DNA of 64,000 nucleotides from Patellaria atrata CBS 101060 (Eukaryota): NCBI GenBank assembly GCA_010093705.1, contig MU006098.1, positions 45,981 to 109,980 of the forward strand, read 5' to 3'. Shown piece by piece: positions 10,597 to 21,342 of this stretch (position 1 is its first letter; each line of letters starts with the position of its first letter). The notes under the pieces were generated by a model. It saw only the letters and a program-made list of their open reading frames with translations, ran no database searches and was not told where the DNA came from. The position numbers and the translations under genes were made by a program.

Positions 10597-11613
10597 ATGA
10601 CACCAGAAGATATATATGAAGCTATCAAAGAGCGATATAGCTCGGCTTCTCAGCCCACAAAAGATGGTCAGTACGAGTCTGCTGTGGCAAAATCCTTTGG
10701 TTACTCTGAAGAAGAGCTCAAAAGCATCCCTAAGGAGGCCAATCTCGGCTTAAGTTGCGGAAACCCTCTTGCAACTGCTGCCCTTCAAGAGGTAAGTCAG
10801 CTCTACGTCAAGTAAGTCATTGAGCTAATCCTCAAAGGGTGAAGTGGTTGTAGACCTGGGGTGTGGTGCTGGATTCGATATCTTTCTAGCTGCAAAAAGA
10901 GTCGGTTATATGGGAAAAGCTATAGGTGTGGATATGAATGAGGTACTACCGCACATGTTTCCATCACCCTAGTAATCTGCTGACGTTAGTTAGGAAATGC
11001 TCGCAAAAGCTAATAGCAACAAGGAGAAAGCTTGCGTGGATAACGTACAGTTCGTCCAAGCTCCAATCACAGACATGAACGTCTTGTCTAGCATGTCAGC
11101 AGATTGCGTTATCAGTAATTGCGTTGTAAATCTAGTCCCAGAGACAGAAAAACAGCTTGTGTTCCACGAGATGGCCAGATTACTGCGACCTGGTGGTAGA
11201 GTCGCTATTAGCGACATTCTACTGAAGAAGGATCTTCCGCCTAGTCTCCAGAGCAATTTAGCATTGTATGTTGGTTGTATCTCAGGAGCTAGCAAAGTCG
11301 AAGAGTACGAAAAGTACTTGAACGTTGCTGGGTTCAAAGGTGAGCCGCTTATCACCTGTGGATAGACGTAGAATACAAGCTAATTCTCGTCGTTTAAGAT
11401 ATTCTTATCATTGACGCTGAAAGGAACCTAAACGTTTACAAGGAGCAGTTTGAAAATAAGGACAATACGTCGTGCTGCGGAGGAGTTAAGGAGAAGGTAA
11501 AAGCACGGGGATATAATGAAAAGGGGCCAAAAAAGTCGACAGATCTTGCTAAGGAGCTTGACTTTAATTCTGTCGCAGGAAGTTTCATGGTATATGCTAT
11601 GAAGGAGAGGTAG
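10597..11613 (+). CDS. arsM: Arsenite S-adenosylmethionine methyltransferase (ArsM/AS3MT-like), 3 introns
   Basis: [35 protein letters not shown] (SAM motif I), [17 protein letters not shown] and a C-terminal SCCGG. Introns start at 10792, ~10943 and ~11340; the frame is intact to TAG at 11611-11613. Confidence 0.92.
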
Positions 11614-12019
11614 TCTGCAACCAAAGATACAGACGGGTTTGAAAGGATTTCCCCCCCGATGCATACGGAATTCTAGTAGATGGAGAGGATAAGAAACAGA
11701 CGTACTTACCTCTAGATTCCGTTAGTTTTAAGTTTACAATGCGATTGCATATGATCACTGCTTAGGAAATATCACGCAATAGTTATCAGTGTATGTAGTT
11801 TCTGATCAAGTGAGGACATCGTCCCGTCTTTCTGATACCAATAATGATTGGTTCGGGTGCGTTATCAGAAGCCTAGAGCGGTCCGGCCGTGGTGAATTGC
11901 ATATCTCAGATGTGAGGTTAGCTGTCCATAGCCGTTTTCGTGAGGTGACCTGGTCGGTGTTGTACAAAAGGACGAGTAACACCAACAAGTCTTCAGCTTC
12001 TCGCTTTAACACTTTTGAT

Positions 12020-13270
12020 CTAAAGGTGGCTGTGTTGATCCCAATGCAATAGAGGTCACCAGTCTTCTAGTGACAGCTTTGACTGTTGTAGCCATCACTG
12101 GTGCCATTGCTGCATCAGTCGCTTCTGTATTAGCTGTAATCGCCCATACTAAAGATGGCCAACTGGATCCGGACGAGATCAAGGCCATAGAGGGTCTCCA
12201 ACAACAACTGGACAAGCTGTCCAAGAAAGTTTTCAAATTTCGCGGTGGAAATTCAGTACCTCGTTTCGATGTCATTATACGGGCTCAGACGGTTTCGGCT
12301 ACCGTATGCCCGTGAAACTCAATCCTCCATTCCAGGCCCCCCCCATGGAAAAGAGACAACCCTAATGGGGGACTGATGGGTGGAACGCGTGCTGGTTATG
12401 ACAGGTACCCTCGGATCATCATCACCGATGATAATAGTAACATAAGGTGGCCTAACGAGGAGCTCTTCTGGCCTTGGGATTTCTGGTTCCCTGGGAGGTG
12501 CAGTCCCGAAGCCCCAAATTTCTACGGTTCCGCCCTGGCGCAGGGAGGATGGCGGAAATCCCTGCAGTGGTCCTCCAACGGCCCCTCTCGTCATCGCAGC
12601 TGTGCAATTACTATCTCAGCCAGGGGTCGTATATAATCTTGGTCCTGCTGGTGGAGTAAGAATGGTGGATCAGGGCGATATTAGCCTCTTCGAGATCCGG
12701 TGGGCTCAACACTCAATGTCGTACCCCATATTCAATAATACCGACTATGTCTTCATCCTCGGGGACTCCAATAGTAGCACAGCGAATGTTGTAAAGGACG
12801 CCTGGGCTGCACACGGGTGTGTTATTGCCACTTCAATGTACTGTTTTCCAGGTCAGGCATTCGAACTTGGTGGCTTCTCTAAAGGTGCTGGTGTCGGAGT
12901 ATATTTCCGGATCCAAGTCTGGAAGATCCCACGGAATGAACCTGATCCGAAACTTAATAAGGAGCTTGTGGAGGTCCATTCCAGTCTCAAGGCATATTTA
13001 ATCGACCGTAATCCTGACGCGCACCCAGTCCATGTGGCGAACCTTTATGTCTTTCTTGACGTACCTGGGGCAGGCCAAAACATTATTGACGTCCTTGAGA
13101 CCGGCCCGGACGTTAATAAAAGCCTATCTGATAATGGTGACGACCTGACTGGTGATTATGAGAATTTGCCAGAGTTTACTCATACAAGCAGTGGAGAGAA
13201 GCTCAAGGTTGTTTATCACATAAACAAATGCGAAAACCCGTCTGGAGAGATTGAAGTTTCAGTTAAGTAG
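12020..13270 (+). pseudogene. Fragmented gene: hydrophobic helix plus coiled coil, then a beta-rich C-terminal domain (actinoporin/aegerolysin-like by eye)
   Basis: Successive protein-like ORFs (12070-12315, 12376-12636, 12602-13270) are separated by a stop and a frame change. No clear start codon. Confidence 0.45.
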
Positions 13271-13489
13271 ACATAGCTGTAGTGCACAATCCGAGACTGA
13301 GGTCAATTTATCTGTAAGAGTAACTTAAGCTAATCTAGCGGAAAACCACGGTTGAGTCAGTAAGGAGAAATAAATTTTAGCATACATTCTTTCCATTGTA
13401 CCTTTAAAATGCATACTGCGGGGAGTCCCGTCCCGTCCATTGAAGATCCCACGAAGATGTATCCGTAAGCCCAGTTGTCATTAGTTCTA

Positions 13490-15304
13490 ACGTAAACGAC
13501 AAGCGAGCTGCGCAGACAAGCGGGCTGCGCAGTTCTCACCAAATAAGCAGCTCTACTAGCAATTGCTCCACCACGCAGTAGTATTTTTTGAAGCTGTAAC
13601 TTGTAGTCGATTCTATAGAGTCTAATTAATCTCTGCCGCATGTACGAGAGTTGTGTCCTGCGTTGCCGCAGGTTCTGCAGCGCTGCTGAGTCGCCGCGTC
13701 GCCTCTTGCGCGCTGCCTATTCTGACGCGTTTCCTCTCTAATCTGCTCATCAACGTTAATTTGAGCTATTAATTCTGCGCCTTCTACCTTTGTTAAGCAT
13801 CCTTGAAGCTGTAAACGCTTCTTCTGGCGCTTCTTACGTCGTGTTGCAGCCTCATTTGCTCTGCGTAGGTTGGCGACTTCTAACTGTAAAATGACTCCAT
13901 GGTGTATCATCAATTTTGCACCTTTTGATAGGCGGTCAAGTGACTTATTGATAGATGTAGGAGAGCTATTCTGATGCCTCTTAATCCTATTACGAATAAA
14001 GGCAGTTTGAGAGTCTAGTTCCTGCGCGTTGCATGGTGTTTTTGACTCCCATTCTTGTAGTACTGGTGGTGACGGCGTACGCAGCTTGATCTCCAGTTTT
14101 GAGACTACTATCTCTGAGTCTAGAGGAACTAGACCTGCTCCTGCGAATCCTGCGCGGATATTCTTCTCTGTAATTGATTCCTGGTAGGCTTGTTTAAAGA
14201 CTGGGAGAAACTCGAGCTTGGTGATGTGGTTAATAGAGCTGCGCATCAGATCCTCTACACCACGCCCATACGCCTTCTTCAATGNNNNNNNNNNNNNNNN
14301 NNNNNNNNNNNNNNNNNNNNNNNNNNNNNNNNNNNNNNNNNNNNNNNNNNNNNNNNNNNNNNNNNNNNNNNNNNNNNNNNNNNNNNNNNNNNNNNNNNNN
14401 NNNNNNNNNNNNNNNNNNNNNNNNNNNNNNNNNNNNNNNNNNNNNNNNNNNNNNNNNNNNNNNNNNNNNNNNNNNNNNNNNNNNNNNNNNNNNNNNNNNN
14501 NNNNNNNNNNNNNNNNNNNNNNNNNNNNNNNNNNNNNNNNNNNNNNNNNNNNNNNNNNNNNNNNNNNNNNNNNNNNNNNNNNNNNNNNNNNNNNNNNNNN
14601 NNNNNNNNNNNNNNNNNNNNNNNNNNNNNNNNNNNNNNNNNNNNNNNNNNNNNNNNNNNNNNNNNNNNNNNNNNNNNNNNNNNNNNNNNNNNNNNNNNNN
14701 NNNNNNNNNNNNNNNNNNNNNNNNNNNNNNNNNNNNNNNNNNNNNNNNNNNNNNNNNNNNNNNNNNNNNNNNNNNNNNNNNNNNNNNNNNNNNNNNNNNN
14801 NNNNNNNNNNNNNNNNNNNNNNNNNNNNNNNNNNNNNNNNNNNNNNNNNNNNNNNNNNNNNNNNNNNNNNNNNNNNNNNNNNNNNNNNNNNNNNNNNNNN
14901 NNNNNNNNNNNNNNNNNNNNNNNNNNNNNNNNNNNNNNNNNNNNNNNNNNNNNNNNNNNNNNNNNNNNNNNNNNNNNNNTGAGTTAAGCTCAAGAATGTA
15001 GTTTACAATAGCCTCCTCTTCTAACTTAGTGAGCCTCTTTGAGTTGGGCTCGCAATCGCGTCGTGTAGAGATTCCAGCGCGTCGTGACCTTAGTGTTGAT
15101 TCGGGGACGTCAAACGCCATAGCAGCTTGGCGCATACTTTAAATTGATTGGAATTAAGAGCTGATAGAGCTAGGTTGATTCTGCCTTCTTTTTGAGCTAA
15201 TTGAGTACTGCGTTATTGATTCATGGTGGGTTGATTGTAGGAGAACTAGTTTTGGTGAGAACTGCGCAGCTCGCTTGTCTGCGCAGCTCGCTTGTCGTTT
15301 GCGT
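13490..15304 (-). mobile_element. pogo/Fot1-type (Tc1/mariner) DNA transposon with defective transposase; spans an N gap at 14285-14979
   Basis: TIRs ACGTAAACGACAAGCGAGCTGCGCAGACAAGCG... and its complement ending at 15304, with TA on both sides. Transposase HTH (RQAAMAFDVPESTL), ITKLEFL and C-terminal CRTCGNAGHNSRTC zinc knuckle. Early stop and frameshift. Confidence 0.93.
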
Positions 15305-15329
15305 TACCTTAATAAGCGAGGACTGTTTA

Positions 15330-17163
15330 ACGTGCTTCACCAGTCAGTGGGACACACCAGTCAGTGGGACATCCCACCAAAACCACCCCACGTCTTCAAC
15401 AAAATCAACAATGCCACTAACACAGAACCTTCAGAAGCCCCGGCAAGAAGGTAGGTTACTTATTACTACTAAGTCGCTTCAAGAAAACAGAATTTCAAGT
15501 GTCCGGAAGGCCGCCGGATTGTACGATGTTCCAAAGTCTACTCTCCATCGTCGCGTACATGGCATAACACCTTAGAGCGTGTCTAATTCGCAAAAACGAA
15601 AGCTACAGCTATCTGAGCAGCAGGCACTCGTAGAATGGGTCCTAGATCTCGACCGACGCGGATTTCCGCCCCATATCATCGAAGTACGACGAATGGCAGA
15701 CCATTTACTCGCGGCACGCGGCCAGAATCCTCCTCCCACACCCGCTGGTAAGAACTGGGTATGCCGCTTTATCAACAACCAGCCAGACCTACAGACAAAA
15801 TGGAATAGGAAGTTTCATTCTCAAGGCGCGAAATGCGAAGATCGAGACATATTTCGCGAGTGGTATGGGCGTGTAAACGAGACGCGCCAGAAGTATGGCA
15901 TCTTAGACGAAGATAGCTACAACTTTGACGAGACTGGATTTATGATGGGTGTATCTGCGACATCAAAAGTCGTTACAAGCTCTGATACTATAAGCCAAGC
16001 AATTCTCATACAACCGGGCAATCGCGAATGGTCAACGGTGATTGAATGTATTAATGCCACCGGGTGGGCAATCCCGCCCTTCGTTATCCTTCCAGGAAAG
16101 CTCCACCAGTCAAGCTGGTATCAGGGTCTACCCGGTGACTAGATGCTCGCTGTTAGCGATAATGGCTGGACAACAAATAAACTAGGATTCGAATGGATTA
16201 AGCACTTTGACAACTGTACAAAGTCTTATACAAAGGGGGTCTACCGTCTACTTATACTTGACGGTCATGGTAGCCACGCAACGCCTGAATTTGACCAATA
16301 CTGTATGGAAAATTAAGATTATTACCCTCTGCATGCCGTCGCATACGTCACATCGTCTTCAGCCGCTTGACGTAAGCTGCTACTCTCCTCTAAAGGTTGC
16401 GTACGGTCACCAGGTTCAAGAGCTCGCCCGTCATGGAATCCACCATATTGATAAAGAAGACTTCCTAGCAATATATACTAAGGTACGGCTATCTGTCTTT
16501 ACAGATCAGAATATTAGAAGCGGATTTCTTGCTACGGGCCTAGTGCCATACGACCCTGAGCACGTCATATCGTCACTTCCAATCACGAAGACTTTGACTC
16601 CACCAGGCACGGCTAATAGGGAAGCACCTCAATGGACTTCAGAAACACCACATACTACTGCCCAGCTAGAGCAGCAGGCAAAGCTTATACGGGACATCCT
16701 TCGGCATCAGTCACAGTGCCCTACTAGCCGAGCAATCAATCAACTTGTTAAAGGATGCCAGATGGCGATGCATTCCGCTACCATACTTGCAAAGCAGAAT
16801 ATAGAGCTTCGTACAGAAAATTAACGTCGAAAACGGAAACAGCAGCACCGCCGAAGGTATATCGCGCATGGAGGGGCTCTACAGGCTCAGCAGGCCCAGC
16901 TTATAGCTGAGGAGTTGGAAAATATGGAGCAGGAGGCCAACCAGAACTGGGCTGGTCAGACGCGACAGCGAGCAGCACCAACGTGCTCTAACTGCCATAT
17001 CCAAGGCCACACAAGGCGTCAATGTACTAGTGTCTCAAGTAGCTCCTAAGCATAATTTTATTTGAATATATTTTGTTGTAGTGGAGTAATTGTATGAAAA
17101 CGCTGGTTGATCTTGGTGGGGTGTCCCACTGACTGGTGTGTCCCACTGACTGGTGAAGCACGT
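15330..17163 (+). mobile_element. Full-length (1834 bp) pogo/Fot1-type transposon with a pseudogenised DDE transposase
   Basis: TIR ACGTGCTTCACCAGTCAGTGGGACACACCAGTCAGTGGGAC with matching right TIR and TA TSD. ATG at 15411; YNFDETGF, LILDGHGSH, HRLQPLDV and CSNCHIQGHTRRQC motifs. Premature stops at 15573, 16140 and 16822, plus a frameshift near 16310. Confidence 0.95.
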
Positions 17164-17278
17164 TACAGTACAAGACCCGAGACCCGACCTTAGCGTGACA
17201 TCAACGCGCCTGTACACGCGACGTTTTCTCTCCCTGTGACAACAACAAATTCATAATTTTCCCTTTATAGACGTTAAG

Positions 17279-19133
17279 ATGGCAGCCTCTCCCGCCCCGA
17301 AGCGTCGCAAGAGCTCACCAACGAAATTGATAGCCGTTACAACACCTGGATCTCAGGCATTAGCAAGATCTCCCGCGCGTCGAGCATCATACTTATCCCC
17401 TACAAAAGCCAGTTTGGCTCGGTTTAATCCAAATTTGCTTCCTACCACCACCCCGCCGAGAGGAACCTTTGCATATCAACCCAACCTAAAAGAAGCGAGA
17501 AAAGGTCCTGAAGGACAAGTTGACGAGGATCGGGATGGTGCAAATGCGCAATTGTCTCTAGAGATTACGAATGATGTACCACGTACAGTCGAAAATGCAA
17601 AAGCTCTTGGATCTCCTGCAGCAACAGCCGTTTTACCAGCGCAAAAAGATGCAGGAGAGGAAACTCTAATACCACCGGTTCTTCTGTACTCATCTCCGAG
17701 GAGACTTAGACTAAGACGGAGCATGAATAGTTCAGCTTCAAGTCAGGGGTTGAGATCATCACCTTTGAGGCCGATACGGCAGCCAACGCTCCGTATACCA
17801 AAGGTTAATTCCAGAGTTCCCGGAGATGCTGGCGACGTAGAGAACGTGGAGCCAAATAACACCTGGACTGACGGGCCGGGAAAGTTACTCTTCAAACCGA
17901 AGGCCACCGTAGTAGACGAAGAGAGAAGAAGAAAGCAAAAAGAGCGAGAGTCGCTTCGTGAGGAACTAGAAGCGCTGGAAATCAATGTTCAGCTTTTTGA
18001 GCGAGAGCTCATGAATCTTAAGACCATCGTTACTAATGATGTTGATAGCCATGACGTCAGAAACCTCCTGTAAGTACTCTCCGTATGTGCAAGTTGATGG
18101 GTGCTCACGGGTGTATAGAGCATTAACCAACAATGCGAATCTGCTACCGACAGGCCATGTTCCAGAGCAGAAAACAGCGCCACTTTCTCAGCTCTTATCC
18201 TCGTTTCTGCCATTTTCTAGGCCAATTCCTAAATATAAACTTCCTCCCGACCTAGCGCCTTCCCCAGCATTAAACCCGCCACAGTCTCATGAGGCGATAG
18301 ATCTAGAAAATCCAATACCATATCTTCGTCTATTTACCCTTTTAACTTTCACATCTTCCATTAGCCATGTTTCGTCCAGTGCTTCTTCTACTCACCAGAC
18401 TCATAAAATCCAAGTTACTGGACCCCTAAACCTCTTACGATCAGATCTAAGAATGACTATTGATACGGAGATACATAAAATAGCTAGTTTAGAGATAATT
18501 CATCTTTCAACTTGGGCTGCCGATGAACTGAACCCCTGGTTAACCGTACGCGCCGAACTAAAGGACGTATCTAGTATATGCTGGGCGTTGGATTCGTACT
18601 GGACGCTCTGCCGGAAACGTGCTGAGTGCTGGGCGAAGTGTGAACGAGAATTTGGACAATGGATATATGGATCGGACGGTCCAAAAGTTGGAAGGGAAAC
18701 GAAGAGGGGACGAGAAGCAGTTGTTGATAATTCCGATGGAGATGGCGAAGAGGTATCTGGAATCTCTACAGGAGACCTATCCTGGAGTACGAACAAGCAG
18801 AGACCCCGAATGACGAGAGGAGAGTTGCAGCGGAATGTTGGGAAAAGCGTGCTCGCATTTCGAAATCGGAATACTAGACTCCAGGTTGATTGGAAAATCA
18901 AGCTCGATTGGACGGGGGAGGCAGAGTCACACGTCAAGGTGTCTGCTGCATTCCCTGCAGTCTGTGAGTATCCTTTGCGAAATATCGAAATATCGTATAC
19001 TAATGTCTATATAGGGCATGAAGCTGACGACCGAAAAGACCTGTCGAAAGTCCCGGCGACTTTTGACCTACTAGTTCAAGAAAGGGGTATATATCTAGCT
19101 ATTAAGGCACTTGTTGAGTTACTATTCTCTTAG
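17279..19133 (+). CDS. Conserved fungal protein, probable kinetochore subunit CENP-P/Ctf19 (2 introns)
   Basis: Disordered N-terminus with SPTKASLARFNP, a coiled coil, then a C-terminus VDWKIKLDWTGEAESHVKVSAAFP...VPATFDLLVQERGIYLAIKALVELL that matches the recalled CENP-P C-terminal RWD pattern. Introns near 18070-18118 and 18964-19013. Confidence 0.65.
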
Positions 19134-19166
19134 ATACCCCTCTGTTCAATAAATTATATAGAGACA

Positions 19167-20166
19167 TTATTTAGTCATCAAACATCCTCCCTGGGGACCA
19201 TTAGGTTGGTCGGGTATAACCTTTGCTTCCTTCCGCGGTGGGCGTTGACCGAAAATATCGCTTCCGACTCTCACCTCGTTACTTCCTAACCGAATCGCAC
19301 TCTCAAAATCAGCGCTCATACCCATACTTAGCTCCAGGCTCTCTTGTTCGACGCCCAAATCCCCAGCGACCTTATCACGAACTTCCTTTAGTTTGATGAA
19401 ATCCTCATTCTCATTCTCCTCGGTCGTGGCCTGCGATCTAGCAATAGCCCCAATCGTCATCAACCCTCCTAATTTCAGGTGTGGACACTTCTCCATGACG
19501 TGCTTAGCCAAATCTGTCGCGTCCTGCGGCTCACAGCCGCTCTTCTCTGCCTCTCCAGACGTATTCACCTGCACCATAACTCTCAACCGTTCCACATCCT
19601 CAGCCTCCTCCCCATTCTGCCTCCGTTCCTCCAAGCTCTTAGCCAGGGCATCTCGTCCCTTCTCTAACTCATCAGCTTTCTTAGCCGTATCAACGCTTGA
19701 AACACTGTACAAGTTCGGGATCTTCTGCGCAAGGGCCTTGCATTTGTTGCTCTGAAGTGCGCCGATGAAATGCCAGTGGATGCTCCGCGGCAGGAGCGCA
19801 GCTTTTGCCTCGAGTTCTTGAAGGTAATTTTCCCCGAAATGGAGTTGTGCCGGGGGATGGGGGATGTCCTGAGGTATGAAGGATGGTTGTGGTTTATGAA
19901 GGGCAAGGATGTCGGTTGCAGGGTGGAGTTTGGATACGGCTATTAAGCGGACCTGAAACTATGAGTTCAGTATATTATAGCTGGCGTGTAGTAGAGAGTT
20001 AGGTATGTAGTCCTGTGGAATTGTTGGAAGCGCAAAGAAAATGTACCTTTCCACCGCTCCTGTTTGCGTTGTCAATCCGTTTCAGTATGCCGTGAATATT
20101 CTCAATCAAAGTTCGACCTCGGTTAGGATCCACCACGAGCTTATTCATGTCGTCTTCGCTCGCCAT
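19167..20166 (-). CDS. Pyridoxal phosphate homeostasis protein (YggS/PROSC/YBL036C family), 1 intron
   Basis: VRLIAVSKL, HFGENYLQEL, WHFIGALQSNK, VQVNTSGE, GLMTIG, ELSMGMSADF and VRVGSDIFG motifs. Confidence 0.93.
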
Positions 20167-20573
20167 GTCTCTGCAGGATTGAATTCTAAGCTTCTTCTCG
20201 ACCCCATCGGGTTGTTAATATGGGTGTGTCGGATTTACTTCGGGTTCAGTGACATCGATTTACTTCTGGTTACCCTACGATGAATCACCACTGATACCCA
20301 GTATTCGCGACGCACTCGGTAGCTGGTGACGAAGAAATGGGCTGATGGAGCGTATATAGACATTCAGTTTCAGGATATTTGAGCGACCGAAGCGATAAGC
20401 CGGAATGGAATTGTTCTTCTGTCAATAGAGGGCCTTGGGTAGTTCTAACCATGAAGCTTGCAGACTCAGACAATTTGCAGACGAAATATTCAACATGAAT
20501 TAGAATTTGTAAATCATTTGTCCCATTCCAGTTCATATTGAGTTTAACTACATCTTGCCGTATATCATCCCTC

Positions 20574-20960
20574 TCAATCCACAGAAACACCCTTTGCTCT
20601 CAACTCCGTCTTCGCCTGATCAATTTGACCCATCAACTCTTTATAAGCATCGGGTACATCATTGAAGGTAAAAACGCCTAGACCAAGTTTGAAGAGGAGA
20701 TAAGCGCCGAATGAAACTATGACCCAGAAGGGTAGCTAGCAAGGGAGGAAGATATCAGTCTAGTTATTCTAAGGTCGAACTGATCTAGGTACGCACGTAT
20801 GGAATGACTTCATCCTGTATCTTCGATGGCAGAGGTATGAGGCCGAGCGAGCAGGAGAGGTAGACCTAGGGAGCGCATCAGAATTGGAGACTTGATTGTC
20901 AGGATAACTTACTGAGGAGAGCAGAAGACCGAGGGAGATGTGCTGTTGAGCGCGCGTCAT
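20574..20960 (-). CDS. DPM3: Dolichol-phosphate mannosyltransferase subunit 3 (2 introns)
   Basis: Spliced product MTRAQQHISLGLLLSS/LYLSCSLGLIPLPSKIQDEVIPY/LPFWVIVSFGAYLLFKLGLGVFTFNDVPDAYKELMGQIDQAKTELRAKGVSVD; only partly visible in the ORF track. Confidence 0.9.
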
Positions 20961-21342
20961 AGTTCAAGGCAGAGATGATGGCTATTGAGTGTGTTGCTGT
21001 CGCAGGGCTCTCACTATTGTGTACATCCAGGTGTCGAGATTCCAAAATCCCAATTTCTCGACAAGGGGTTACGCACAGACCGAAAACACGACTTCACATG
21101 CCCAGGCATCAACATCTCACCAATTATTCTCAAATTCTTTTATCTTCAAGGATTCTTATTCAAAGTTGCTCCTTCAATACTGCTAGCTATCCTATTAAGC
21201 TACGTCCCCTTGCAAATTCAGTTGATATCCTTGCTTTTTTTGATGGTTTCCAGTCTCCTATGCAAAAAAAGCTCATCAGTCCCACAACTTGTCTCACGAA
21301 AAGGGTACTGTTCACTTCCTCATAAACTTTTAAATTATCATT

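Noticed and set aside
14190..15135. Long ORFs full of X in the ORF track
   Set aside because: Artefacts of the N gap (14285-14979); only the flanking transposase fragments are real.
5600..17200. Intact Starship element carrying the arsenic genes
   Set aside because: No tyrosine-recombinase (DUF3435) captain and no identifiable boundary repeats in the window; a relict origin remains only a hypothesis.
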